DNA of 64,000 bases from Asterias rubens (GCF_902459465.1 NC_047063.1:15066001-15130000), one strand, 5' to 3'; shown: positions 49,181 to 63,200, counted from the stretch's first letter. Notes: generated from the letters alone by a model not told the origin. Made by a program: numbers and translations.

Positions 49181-50744
49181 GTTTCACTTTGTAATAGGCG
49201 CTAATTGTATGGCTGGATGTGTAATCAAATAAAATAAAAACTCTGAATGGACAGGGATTCCCAAAATGCTGACAAGAAGCTTTGATAACATAAGATTTTA
49301 AATATTAGACACCCAACCATCTATAGTATTGTTTGCACAGTATCTATAATTTTCACTACAAATTGTCACAAACACCATAGAAACACAAGCCAACCATGCA
49401 TATTATAACAAGGCAGAAGGTCATCGAGACAGAAGGTAGACTGCCTGACTAAGGTCATGTAACAGCTGGGCTTAGGCTGCTGTTGAAGCAGTCTATGTTT
49501 CGTCCTGTACTGAATGATATTTTAGTCCCAATCTCTTGATGCACCACCAACCATGAACCAGGTCAAACATATACATCCTCTTGGCAGAATTTGGAGTTAA
49601 TTCTTTTACATTTAAAAGCACAAACTCCTTGTTTAAACTGGGGAATTTCTAGAGAAAATTTTCTGAAGTCAATATATATATGCAGTTTTGCTTATAAAAT
49701 TATGGTATGAACACACGAAATGGCTCTCATTCGTCGAAATTGGATTTGTAGTATTTACAGTTAAAAGATGCAGTAGTTCTGATTTTTGATCTAAGAAAAA
49801 TTTTCATCAATTTTGAGGTCAAATTTACAGCGGCATTTTTCCATTTGCTCTGACCTTGTCTATTGAATTCTACTTCTTTTTATTTTCAAATTTTGCGATT
49901 GGAAGTGATCACCTCCAATTGGATTCAAACTGAAATCTTATTACTGGATGCAATTGGCCCTACAACAACACAATTTGTATAGAATTGCTGACCCAAAAAA
50001 AACAGTACGGCCATTGATGTATACTCCCTGACGCAACAGGTTTAGTGTTGAACCCAAAAAGATGTTTTATAACTGACTAGATAAGATGGCAGGGTTCAAA
50101 ACGCAAAGATGATTTATTATCATTATTTGTTTACTTCATTTTTGTGAACCTTGGGCATGGTACTCATCATAATCATAGCTAAACCACTTAATATTTGAGA
50201 ATTAAAACAATAACCAAACCCTTAACTAAATTTGTAGTAATTAATCAGCTAAATTATGGCTAGTAATCATGTAATATTTTAAAAACAAAATATGTAGCCC
50301 ATAAACTAATTGCGATAACATAACCCTCCTCCCAACGGCGACACCGAAGGCATATGGCTATAGATAGACAGCGGATGGACCTGTTGTGAGTGAAACCCTG
50401 AAGTTAGACTTCCTTGCTTGGAGTTGAGCCTTAACACATTCCACCAAGATGCAACAGCCAACAGTCTACATCCAATTGATTGATCAACGTTCCATTTGTT
50501 GAATATTTAATGTAACAATGACACACAACAAGTGCACATTGTATTAATGTCAAACGACTGTCAGTCGACAATAGTCTCACCACATTCAAAATAGTAATTA
50601 TTGAGCTGTGTTGCCTACATTACAATCGTTCTCGGCAACGTCGCCAATCAGTTGTAATCTAGCCAAACACATTGCTTTGACGGGTATTTTACAAATACTG
50701 AACACAACATCAAATGCTACTACGCTAATACTTACATCACTTAC

Positions 50745-51100
50745 AGTTAGGATCCTCTGAAGATAAATCTAGCAAGTCCTAGCTGTGTTTACAATTAATT
50801 GTAAGCCTACATGGTACTCTATCAAGACGAGATATACATCCGTAATGACAAGGTCTAGATCACACAATGCTGTATAGCAATTGTACACAATAGTGTTTAT
50901 AATCAACTCCCATCATCAGCTCGCGCGGTGTGACTAGTGTGGTCGCTCCCAACAATAGAGGGCGACCGTTTATTTCAATGAGTTGCGCGCTTTGTCCAAA
51001 AATTATTATCCGCACACACCCCGCCAAAGAGATCAGTGACCATGGCCCACCGCAAAGTATTTAATCCTTTGGTTCAGTCGCGTGGACTATTGATCTGCAT
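50745..51100 (-). promoter_or_regulatory. Candidate promoter and first exon on the minus strand (possibly SSPN)
   Basis: CpG-rich block (ctcgcgcgg, ttgcgcgc) followed on the minus strand by two tandem GTAAGT donors at 50744 and 50735. Confidence 0.3.
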
Positions 51101-52477
51101 TTGATCACCTGGAATCCAAAAGTTATTCAGTTTCGTGGACCTGCGCATTATTTTCAACATTATTACTTTATGCCGAATTTTATGTTGACTGGAATGTGAA
51201 TTTTTCGACTTCAATCAGATGTTCTCTCAGGCGGCATGGATGTTCTGCGTCCGATGAGAATTTTGTTTTTTATTCAAGGGCTCATCATTTTTACCGGACC
51301 TCTTCTATCATTGAGATTATAAAATCTGTCACTTGCTTGAAATCGTAATTGCAATTAGGATTATCACCTCATTATAGCCGTCAAAGTTTTGAAATTGTGT
51401 CGACATGATTGTTTCTTGGACCCTCAATAATATCACTGCCGTGCACATTACAAAAATAAACCCACTACAGCTCGTGGTTGAGGCCCCCGTAAAACGGCCC
51501 CGTGTCCTGGAGGACTGTGGTTATTTTACATGAAGAACATAAACGTTTGGGATTTGAAGTTTACTAAGGCGTAACTTGAACATGCGATCCACGGATTTAA
51601 GTGCCGGCGCTCTACCAACTGAGTTATCTGAAATCCCTATAATTATTGTCAACTAATTTTTTGTTCGAGTCGTTTCGAATACAGGTTTCTATCAAGTTAC
51701 AAAACCAAAGGAGAAGAGAATTAGTTCGGGATGAAAATTTCCTTTTGCGACACTGCTGCAGCGAATCAATGTATTATTATAAAATTAATTTAACTCAAAC
51801 AACCAATTCCACGAGTTGATGTAAAATAATACTTCTCGCTTAAAAATAATAAGGTAAATAAAATACATAAATTTTCATTTTGCCTTTTAAAATTACAAAA
51901 TATTTTTTGTTATTAATACAATTATTTATTAACTTACCTTTGAGGCAAATATGTTCACATAATAAGTGGAGAGCAAAGGGAAAGGGAAAACCGATTTGTG
52001 ATTTCCCTCATCCGACACTGTCAAAACGAGAAACAGAACTCCACCAGTCCTTCGTAAATCCACAGAGTATAGGTTGGTGAAATTTGCTTATCTTTTAGAA
52101 CGAGCAAGATGACCATCCGCACTGATAGCTAACGTGTTGCGAAATGATGAGCGATCTACCCGTATACACCGATAATAAACAGATGAGTCGATCACCATCC
52201 CATCAAGGTGTTATCTGGACAATGTTGCATTGAGGGCGCTCGTCAAAATGATGTTGTCGTATGGAGGAGGAATATTGCTCCTTTGGCTCTTCGAGCTCCC
52301 CGTTCCATAAAAGTATGTTCAATGGACAGGAGCAGAAGACTAATGAGAAGTAAACAATTCTCAAGAAGCACTTTACTAACTTTCTTTCCCCGGCTGTGAG
52401 AACCCCCCCCCCCCCCCCGCAAAGGCCGCCACCATCCCAAATTTCAATCTGTTATTAACTAAAATCATCTTGCTTCT

Positions 52478-52840
52478 AGCACTGGACACATTGGTGATTA
52501 CTCAATATTTGTTAACATACAAACTACTTGGTTCAGGCAAAGGAAAGCTGTTGATAGTATAAACCATTGTCAGAAACGACTCCCTCCGAAGTAACGTAGT
52601 TTATGAGAAAGATGTGAATATTATCCTGACTCATTATACAAACAAAACGTCATACCTGAAGCCTTTATCAGGCATCTAGCACACAGTTGTGCATCTAGTG
52701 TGTTTGTAACTTTCATTATTCTTTTGTAACTTGGATGACTAAGATTGAGCCCAATTAATGTTAACAGATTTGTTATTTTGTGCATAATGTTTGTGATAAC
52801 AAGTGAGAAACTGGTCGTAGGCAGCCGAATGTGTCCAATA
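52478..52840 (-). mobile_element. MITE family B, old degenerate copy
   Basis: gcactggacacattggtgattactc... with recognisable internal blocks; ends eroded. Confidence 0.7.
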
Positions 52841-53800
52841 CAATTTTCAGTAATTCATGATGTTAACAAAAACGTGTAAAGTGTGTTTATCCCGTGCTCC
52901 GCTATCTGACTGCGTTGTTCGGTGGTTTAATTACTTTAGCTCGACTAAGAACAAGAAAGATTTGTTTTTGAAGTTTTCTTGGTGTAATGGAATAAGTTAA
53001 AATAATAAGCCAATTATATCATTCGGCAGTTGGTTTATTGTGGTTTCGTATCACCTTCGCGTCAAGATTCTGATTTTCAAATGAATAACAACTTTTTTTT
53101 GTATTTTTTGCCTGTATAGGCTATAGAAACATTTCGTTTTGCATGTGGTTCACGCAGTGTTTTGCATCGCCTCTGGATCTGCATGGTCTTTGGATTTGTG
53201 GGTGATGGGTATATTGTGAGGCAGTGGCAAGGTATAGGGCAGTGATAGGGCAGGTGTTCGAGGAAATTTTGTCCGTCGCCAGGGATTTTGTCCCCCAACG
53301 GGAAAACTTGAGTTGGATGAGGATGTTTCAAAAGAGGGCGCTATATCAGAATAAGTTTGTACACAGTTCGCATTGTGGGTGCACCCCCACTTAAAAACTT
53401 CAAGTGCGCAATATTAACATTAAAAAACACACAAACATACATAATGTCTCACAGATTTACAGTTAAAAGGGAATCATTTTTGGACTCTTGATTAATCCTG
53501 TGCTAAATTTAATGTGGGGAGTCCCAGTGCCCGTCGAGTAATTCTCCCCAAAATAAAAACACCCACACTAGTGTAATATTTAATACACATCCCGGAAAAT
53601 AGGACCATTTATTTCAAGGCCCATGTCATCCAAAACACCTCAAGTTGGAAGTCAACCCCCCCCAGGTCTCAATATTGGGCAACATCTTTACACTGTGAAT
53701 CTGTTATTCCTTTCCTTTGGCTCATCACAAACTTAGTATTGAGGGCCTTCACAAAGTTAATGAGATCGATGGCTCGATCGACGCTCTCTGTTCTCCATCC

Positions 53801-53948
53801 AATGGGAGACTTTTGGACGCTAGGTGGCAGCAGACTTACCAGGTAAATTTAACTTGTTTACGTAGTTCTGAGCGTGCGCACATGACCGAGAACAATGGAT
53901 TTTACCTGGTAGGTCTGCTGCCACCAAGCGTCCCCAAAGTCTCCCATT
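53801..53948. mobile_element. MITE with ~47-bp TIRs containing CTCF-like motifs
   Basis: aatgggagacttttggacgctaggtggcagcagacttaccaggtaaa / tttacctggtaggtctgctgccaccaagcgtccccaaagtctcccatt. Confidence 0.8.
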
Positions 53949-55049
53949 TAGTTGCATGCACCCTTGAAGGGGGGGGGGGGGGGACAGAATCTCCTGCCAC
54001 ACCGGTATTGTGTCACACGCGTCTGTCTTGCCAGCCACCACCCGATCGGGCACATAGTGATGTAAAGGTGTCTGTTCTCATACGATTGGGAGTTCTCTCT
54101 CCATTTCTTCGCCATGGGGGGGGGGGGGGGGGTGGATGGTCACAGGCCTACCCACATACACACCCTCTGCTGTGGTGGAGTACAGATCGCACATTAAGTT
54201 CACATTATTTATTGACCGGGACCAAGGGTGGGGCAACAAGACATTTTTCTCTGTACTAGCGCCATGGAGCATTGTTTTCGATGGATATGGCGCTATATAT
54301 ATTTGTACTATTATTATTATTATTACATGATCAGGGTTTTAGATGATCAATCGGTCAATCCCTTAAATATTGTTTTAATAGACCTTTTTTATGCTGCCTC
54401 CATCTTGTTCATGTTCATAACAACAATGAATGATAGTAATCATTTTGCAATTACAATAAACCAGACTATTAAACTTGTTGTTCCAGCCTCGGTTTGGTAA
54501 CATTTGTATCAGTATTGGGGACACTCGCATCGCTTATTTTGGCCTTCTAACTCTGATTGATATAGTATTCACTGGGAATAATACATGTGGGGCTATATGA
54601 ATTGTAGCAAATAGTTTTGCCTTTCACTTAAAAAATAATGCAATTATTTTACAAACTCAAGGAGAGAGATAGGATTGTGATTTTACACTACCCCAGAGCA
54701 GTTTTGACAGAGTAACGGCTACAGTTATGATTGAGGGGAAAAGTTACATAAAGGCCCATCAGGGCGATCTACCTTAATGTTCAAATTGAACTCACTATAA
54801 TTGTTATTATTATAATTTCACTTTATTTTATTGGAATTCACGGTCGATAAAAAAAAACACTTTGTTTTTGACATTATAAAGTTCATGAAAACATGGACAT
54901 CAAAATGAGCAACAGAGGGCAGCAAACTCTTTACGAAGTAAAGCAAAATAGTTCGTGGGTTCCCGCTGTACTGTAAACAGGAACGGAGGGGATAGCCGAA
55001 CATACCAGCGATACTTTACTAATGTTGCATTGCATTATCGTCTGATAAA

Positions 55050-55206
55050 TCATCATTGTGTGTGTGCGCCGCCGTACCGTGATGTACTTGGATATTACGT
55101 GTAGTCGATGAGTCTAGATCTTGTGTACAAACACCGCTGACAAAAAGACAAACTCAACTTTTGCATCACTTCATCTTCAAGTTTGTTGGTCTTCTATTTG
55201 AATTCG
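55050..55206 (+). promoter_or_regulatory. Candidate non-coding first exon of a plus-strand gene
   Basis: CpG-rich non-repeat segment ending at consensus donor TCG|GTAAGT (55207). The start is approximate. Confidence 0.4.
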
Positions 55207-55982
55207 GTAAGTCACAATAATTCGAGTGACATTTGAGGACTTGTTTCATGTTTCTGTAACTGCGTTTTGTGTTAGACGAAATTGCTGGTCATGCCAGTTT
55301 GGGTATCTTTTCTTCCTGAATCCTGTTGACTATTTTTGCTGATGATGTGAAAGCACTGACATGAGTCCCATGACTGATAAGTAACGTCATTGCATCTATT
55401 TCGTGATAAACTGTAATGTTGTGCTCCATTTATTGTTGGGACTTCACTATATTAAAATGTTAGCTATTGTCAGGGATTAATATATTGGTCATTAAATGAG
55501 CGGTGACAAGGTCTAAATAAACGCCCATCTAAATATAACTGGTCGTGCGATGTTTTAAAATTAAAAAAAATAAAAGGACCAACCAAGGCAAGCTGAACTT
55601 TGAAGAGTGGAGTGATTTTTTTAGTGAAGGCGAGGTCTTTTTGTTTTAATTGCAAGGCCACGATGACCCTGCACAAGGTTTTTGAGACAGACCCACCACT
55701 AATTTACTCCCATTCAACAGTAGGCCTATTATTATTAATATTTAGTTGCGATAACGTAACCCTCCTCCCGACGGCCGCCAGGCCGGAGGGTTACGAGTTT
55801 GTTTCGAGCGGAAACGGTTGATCTGGTCCAACAGGTACAATTTCGACAGCTAGTCACCAGATTTGCCCCATTTTTACCACTTTCCAAAATCATGACACAA
55901 ATTCTGAGGTTACGAACTTAATCCGCAATGCCATAAATAATTAATATTTTGTCAAACGCGTTTATAAAAACATCAAACACAT

Positions 55983-56358
55983 TTAAAGGGAAGGTACATG
56001 TTTGGTAATTGTCAAAGACCAGTGTTCTCACTTGGTGTATCCCATCATAAGCATAAATTAACAATCCTGTGAAAATTTGGGCTCAATCAGTCATCGAAGT
56101 TGCGAGGACATGATGAAAGAAAAAACAGCCTTGTTGGACGAATTTGTGTGCTTTCAGAGAGGAATAAAAGACTTCTAGCTAGAAGTCTTGTATTATTTTA
56201 GTGAGAAATTACCTCTTTCTCAGAAACTACGTTACTTCCGAGGGAGTCGTTTCCAACAATGTTTTATACTATCAACAGCTCTCCAATGCTTGTTACCAAG
56301 TCAGTTTTTAAGTTAATATTTGTTTTGAGTATATTCCAAATGTGTACCTTCTCTTTAA
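55983..56358 (+). mobile_element. MITE family B variant, full length
   Basis: ttaaagggaaggtaca...tgtaccttctctttaa. Confidence 0.9.
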
Positions 56359-56797
56359 AGTTAAACATGTTTAAATAGAAAAGCCAAGCAGCATTATTTT
56401 CTTTTTCCAAAATAATAACTTCTTAATCTTATAAAATGATAGGTAATTTAAAGTCTTCTTGATAAGAGTTTTGTGGGTTTTTTTTTCGTGGCTGGGCATG
56501 CTGGGGGTACACTTTTGTACCAAAATCAACTTGTAAGTTTCCTTGTTTATAATGTGTTTTATTGTCAAAAAAAAAATTCAAATGACAAACATCTTCATAT
56601 AATAATATATGTGAGTTTAATACGACTTTTCCATTTCATACGGCTTTTCCTCATGAAATGGAATGCTTTAGTCCAGATTTTACCTTGTGATTTATATTGT
56701 GCAATTATGTTCCCAACTCATTGTGCATCTAATAAACCCCTTGCCAGTGCGGAATGCACCTTCGCCATTTTGTGATTCATTGCCGTTGTATGCATAC

Positions 56798-57003
56798 TAG
56801 GGACTTTTCGTTTCGGCGACGGATGGTTCTGCGACGGTTGTTCAGCTAAACGTTGTCGTTTTCAGCACAACGAAGATTCATCCCAAGTACTGTCGTAGAA
56901 ATTGAGGGACGACCGTCCTCAAAGCCGACGCATGCGCAGATGACGCCAAATGTCTTCTTATCCTGTCGCAGAACCATCCGTCGTCGAAAACGAAAAGTCC
57001 CTA
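56798..57003. mobile_element. MITE with ~40-bp TIR (TAGGGAC termini)
   Basis: tagggacttttcgtttcggcgacggatggttctgcgac / gtcgcagaaccatccgtcgtcgaaaacgaaaagtcccta. Confidence 0.85.
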
Positions 57004-57750
57004 TTTGACTGAATGGCAGACAGTCTAGATTGTAAAATGCTTTGCGCATTGTGCTAAGAGTCTGTCTCATGTATCTTCCAATGATCCCTCCAGCCAGAGG
57101 GGTATAGTCGTACTGAAGTTGTACAGTATTTGTTATGTGTACTAGAATGTTTATGAATCACTGAATCCATTTAATTCCTCATACCACCTGATACTGACAT
57201 ACAGTAAACTCCAGTACTTTTGCCTTATTACCATGTACATGTATGTAGGCCCAAGGTAGATTGAGTTACAGCTTTATACTGTATGGCTTAATTGATAAGA
57301 GTCAGGACTTTTTGTAAATACTTCTAGTTCTGAGAACGTTTACATTTTAACTGATTAGATCATGCTATTCTTTTGTTTTAAAATTATAATGGTTTCATGT
57401 ACACATGTTTAATGGTGACTGAAAGGCAGGCCTCAAGAAATCGCTGGAATATTGTGAAATTTTGTTTGGCATCCTGGACAGCTGATTGGTCTACTTGATC
57501 AGGCAAATTAGGGGCTCAAACTAGATGAGTCAGATATTATTTAAACAAATAATTACTGTTGAATTACACTTGTGATCTTCAACAAGTATTCAAAGCTATT
57601 AGTAAAGTCTTAGGTCGTAAAAATCTCTTCAAAATGTCAAGAATGTTGAGGTCCTGCCATCTGAACTGACACTGGCTTCCCTATCTATAACATGTATGCA
57701 AACTGTACATGATGTAGGCCCGACGACTCGTGGTCTTGTCATCCCACCGT

Positions 57751-57901
57751 ATACGCCTCTCTTAATATTTATGCATGAGGTACGTCTCAATGCTAACCCA
57801 AAACGAGGTGATGGGCGCAGTCACTGCAAGTGATGGGGGGACTTGCGCCCATAGCCTCATTTTGGGTAAGAATTATGACGTGATGCATAAGAGAGGCGTA
57901 T
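57751..57901. mobile_element. Foldback element, inverted over nearly its whole length
   Basis: atacgcctctct...acccaaaacgagg.gatgggcgcagtc / gacttgcgcccatagcctcattttgggt...agagaggcgtat. Confidence 0.75.
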
Positions 57902-58154
57902 TGCCCGAGTGAAGAGAAGTACTGGTTACACGAGTGGTAATGGTTACCAGTCAGGTAATATTGTTAACACTGTCAATATTTAATAATACCTGGTTTACAC
58001 TAAGTGGTATACCAGCAGTCACCAGACAGTTGGTTTCATTGAAACCCATTTTGGAAAAAAATACATCGTTGGTACTCAGCATCATGATTACGTACAGTGC
58101 AAAGATGTCCATTTCATCAGCTTGCCAGTTCAGTGTTGTGAATGCTGACAGAGT

Positions 58155-58516
58155 TTAAAGACACTGGACACTTAGTATTGGTAATTGTCAAAGACCAGTC
58201 TTCTCACTTGGTGTATCTCTACATGCATAAAATAACAAACCTGTGAAAATTTTACTTCAATTGGTCATCGAAGTTGCCAGATAATAATGAAAGAAGTTGT
58301 GTGCATTCAGATGCTTGATTTCAAGACTTCAAACTCTGATACTGAGGTCTCAAAATCAAATTTGTGGAAAATTACCTCTTTCTCAAAAACTCTGTTACTT
58401 CAGAGGGAGTCGTTTCTCACAATGTTTTATTCTATCAACAGCTGGTCATTAATCGTTACCGAGTAAGGTTTTATGCTAATAATAATAATTTTACCAATAG
58501 TGTCCAATGCCTTTAA
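58155..58516 (+). mobile_element. MITE family B
   Basis: ttaaagacactggacac...gtgtccaatgcctttaa. Confidence 0.9.
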
Positions 58517-59639
58517 TCTAAATTGTACATTCTATGATACTAAGCCATGTTAATTAAAAAGTGAGGATACATAAGTCAATGTTTAGAAATGTTGACACTC
58601 AATTTGCTGTCAAATTTGTTAAAAGGCATGAGCCTCAACGGTGTCTTTTGGGCAAGTTTGGGCCGACAGCCTGTGATCAAAGCTTGCCCGGTCATCAGGC
58701 AGTTAAGCAAAACAAAATGGTTGAGCCCAGTGTAAGAGCATACATTAGTCTTTCCTCTGTCCACACTCAGGCTGGCAACGTGATGTGTGTGTTTTTGCCA
58801 ACTGAGTGACAGTATGCATGACGACCACATAGGATGTAATCTAATTTGATACACTGTTCTCAAGTCTACAGCACAGTGCGATTTGTCCCCACACAGATAT
58901 TATGCACAATTGAATCATATTTGTCTGTTGAATTATAACTGAAACATTGTAGGCTTTGTAGTTACTGGCTCGCAGTTGACATCAGGATTACGACTCAAGT
59001 ATTTATACGTGCACAATTTAAAAGTACTCTAACTTGGTCTAAGGGAGGTACAGATAGAAAATAGAGATGGAATTTTGTCCCTTTTTTTTCTTCCCCTTCT
59101 GCCTGATGTTATGAACAGAAAGATTGTACATTATGTTCCGCATGGTCATTGGTCATGTTGGATTATTTTGAGATATGCAGAATGAGGCTGGCATCTGCTG
59201 CTGTATAGTGTGATGTGTTCCTTTTTTATTTGTTTGTGACCATGTGACACAACTTTTATTCAACCAGTATCATTTTAATTTGAGTAATTTGGGTGTCATG
59301 TCAGACGGACTTTGGCAGTTAAAAATCAACATATTTCTTGCTTACAAGCTTATAATTGTATGTCATTTGAGTTTTTTTCAAGCATGACATATCAAACATG
59401 TTGTAGCATGACTTGCCAATCATCTTGAAACTATATTGAATACATTTATAGGAATAGGAAAGCACAACACTGGTTCACTATACAAATCAAAATCAGAAAG
59501 TCTGTATGAATCAAGTTTGTATTTTTTACCATTATGCTGTCATTCTTGTACATGTAATGTAAATTAATTATTATTATTATTATTTTTTTTACTTTTGTGG
59601 TCTAGCCACCTCCCATTGTAGCACAGAAACATTCATTGT

Positions 59640-60210
59640 CTTTATGGGTGATATCACGATATTATCAAATATGGCAATACTAATTTGGAAACGAATTTGA
59701 TATCGGATCGATTTGGTTTTAATCGCAATATCGATTTATTATTATTTATTATTTATTATAAACGTCACGTTAAAAAACATGAAAATTGTTTTCCAGTGTG
59801 CATCATACAATAAAAACACTGAAAGGAGATAAAATGGTAACAAGAAAGGAAGAACCATAAAAAGATAAACGGTACAAATTACACAGAGAAATTTACAACC
59901 ATCAAAAAATAAAAAATACAAAAATACAAAAAAAGATATATTGCGATATATCGCGATATCGATTAAGTATCGCAATATTGCGATGTATTTCCTAGCTGAG
60001 ACATCTTGCACCCCATAGGTTTGCAGTAAAACCAGAAGAATAGGTCATTAGAACACCTCTATAATATGCTATGACTGTCTCTTCTACAACTTTCACTGGG
60101 AGTTTGAAGACTGATGATGTCAAATTTAATTAATCGCGACTATATCGAATATCGCAATATATTGTCGGTGATATATCGTGAATAAAATGAATCGATATCG
60201 CCCAAGCTTA
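59640..60210. mobile_element. Longer, inverted relative of the 20016-20289 hAT element
   Basis: Reverse complement shares aaactcccagtgaaaag...gaggtgttctaatgacctattcttctggttttact; rich in CGATAT subterminal motifs; left end eroded. Confidence 0.8.
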
Positions 60211-63200
60211 GGGAATAGGTACTATGTGTTTGAATTGTCATTATGGTTTCCCTTCTAGTAACAATCCCTTCATGTCCAAATGCACATACATGTACATGGA
60301 TCTCTACCCTTCCTGTTATTGGCAGTAACCGAGCGCTGAATTGTTATGTTAGCCCGATTTATATTTCATTGGAAAGCTAATCCAATAATCATTAGGCCTA
60401 CATTGCTGTTTTTCTAATTGTTAGGCAAGATAATTTGTTTTGCATTCGCGAAACAAATTAAGTATGAAGCGGCCTTTTGGCAAAAATAAAATAAAATTAT
60501 TTACAACTTGATTTTTTGCATTTTTCAATCATGCCTTGAATTTCATCTTTGAATGAACAAGTGCCATTTTAATTTTTTGAATTTTTAAAAACTCAACTGT
60601 TGGAAACTGTTGGAAGGGGCACCAAGTTAAAGAGCAGGGGGAGAGAGGCCATGACCTCCGTGACCTCCATGTTATTCTGGGCCTGCATTGAAGGAATTAG
60701 ACCACAGTATAGTACAATAATTAATGTCAAATTTGACATGAAGATTAGAGAGAAACAAATAATTTACTAATAGAAATAAATATTTCTTTAACTTTTGGTT
60801 TAGATCTGTACTTTATGTTTTAAAGTATATTATTTTGAATCACTTAAGTTATTGATATTTTTTGTGTGCATGTTTGTTTTAAACAAAAATGTATGTACAT
60901 GTAAGCAAAGTAAAATTTAATATATAGAATGACAAATAACCTAATAGCTTGTGAAGTAAAGGTATTTAGAAAGAAATGAAAATATTTTTGAGATAAAGTA
61001 GTTTCAAATATGAAGAGCTGTCAGAGTTTGAAAGGAAGACCCAGATAAGCTGCATTCATCGCCAAGGCTTAACCATTAATTGGAAGCTGCTAGCTCCAAA
61101 TGCTGTCCCCTCCATCTCTCCGTGATTGAAATTGCAGGACTGTCTTAAAGAGGCAAGCTGGTTGAAGAGTATGTTTTAAAAGAAAATCACTATGATGAAC
61201 CGACTGGATACAATTCTGTGTACCTGTAAACCTTCTTTGAAGGTGAAATTGTTTATCTAGGCCTTTTTCCCGGTTCATACTTCCTGCGAAATTCCCAACA
61301 AACAACTTGGAAAGGTTGCCCTTTGCTGAACTTCTGCAAAACATTCACAGCGAAAACAGAGCTGTTACAGCAAATTCGGTTCCTATGACGCATTTGCAGG
61401 AAGTATGAACCAGGCTTTATTCATGAATCTTCAATGGTTGGGTAAGAAATATGTTTTATAATGTGTGAATACATTCATGTAGCCTGAATCAAAACCAGTC
61501 GTTATTAAGAGCCTTAACTATGGAGGAATCTGCCACTGTCTGGAGACATTGAAACGAGAATGTCTCTTTAAGGAGCAGGCTTTACTGACTCCAGGCACTA
61601 GAGCCCTGGCTTAACCCTTAAACCTGGTGTGTGCATTAACTGTGGAACCTTCATTATGAACATGTACCTTCATATTGAAGCAAACTTCTTCCTTGGAATG
61701 GGGGAGTGAGGGGGTCGAAGGATTCAGTATCAAGTAACACGAACTCATGACAGATGAGCGATTGTTACACTGAATGGCTCTATTGCGATTGGCTCGGGGA
61801 GCTTCTATGAAAGAAACTGCAATGTTTGTGGGTTGTGTAATCATTCACACTTGGCGTTTCTGAATTTATGTCAAAGTGTGATTTTCTTCATTTTATTTTG
61901 TGCTTTTTTTTAGCTCTAAAAACAAGACTAAATAGTTTGGGCGGTTACAACTAAAAAATGTAAAATATCAAGTTATCAGTGTGAACCATCTCCACAGTGT
62001 TTTACCAAGTGAGTCGCCAAATGGATACCTTACTCTAGTTTTTATGTTTCATAAATATTCATGCTCTAATTGTATGTAGGTTTTATTTTGTGTCCTGCAT
62101 TGCTTCAAAATCAGAGCGACATGATGGTTGCTATGATGTCCTCACCAAGCTGGCCCTCATTATTATTTTATATCAAAAACATTTTTCAAGTTTAACTAGA
62201 TTGATGTTTTGTCTTTGTGTAAGAAACCGTACTTCTCCAAATAGAATCACAATATTGATAACACACAAACAACATGTAACCAGGCTGCTTTGTTATCGAA
62301 TATCATGACAATATCATATGGTAAATTTCCAGCCTGGTGTACACTACAATTAGCCTATTGAGAGTAAACTGAAATTTGTTTTTCCATGCATGAATTTCAA
62401 TATTTGTGGCGGGTGCTATTCAGTGTGTGATCACAAAGCCTGGGGCACACATCAAGTGTCAGTATGCAATGATTGGTGAGGTTTTTACTGCTTTGTAAGC
62501 CTATTAAGTTTTCAGCTTGAGTGGGCAGGGGTTGGGCTGTGGCATAATGCTAGAAGCGTTGTACTTCACATTTTTACCTCGCCAGACCAGACATGGTCTG
62601 TAAAGATTGCATCTTGAACTGTACGTGTTGGTTTAGATTATACATGGTCCATGAAAAGTGTTGATTATATGCAGTACCTTGTATGGTTGTATACATGCAT
62701 TTAAGTGGACTGATGTATATACACATTCTGTTATTTTACAATGCTGCACATAATATGTACAGTTGGAATGTGTAGAAATGTTACAATTAACAGTCTATTT
62801 ATGATTAAATAATATCAATTTATACTTTGGTTGTCCCCCATGCACAAACTAGTGTACTGCAAACTATAATGGTACAATATAAAAATATATAAAAAGTGAT
62901 AAAAAACATTAGATAAAACCATTTGAATTTATCCAGATTCACATTAATTAAACCAAACTTAAACATCAAGTACATGTACATTGTGTGCAAAAAACCTTTA
63001 CAATGACCTTGTTTGAATTCAGCGCACTTTGGCCAACCTGACAAAAAAATTTGGGTCCAGAATGCCCACAGCTTTGTAAAATCAACAGTGAATATGAACA
63101 TTTTTATTTTGTTAAACCTAGAGCAAGGGTAAACTATGGACAGATATGGTGGACCACACATCATGCAACATGAAAAAAGACCAACGATGTTACATGTAAG

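Noticed and set aside
49490-49530. Second hammerhead candidate (GGACGAAAC on the minus strand)
   Set aside because: No CUGANGA box at a suitable distance.
53717-54259. 180-aa ORF
   Set aside because: It runs through a MITE and two poly-G tracts and has no protein-like features.
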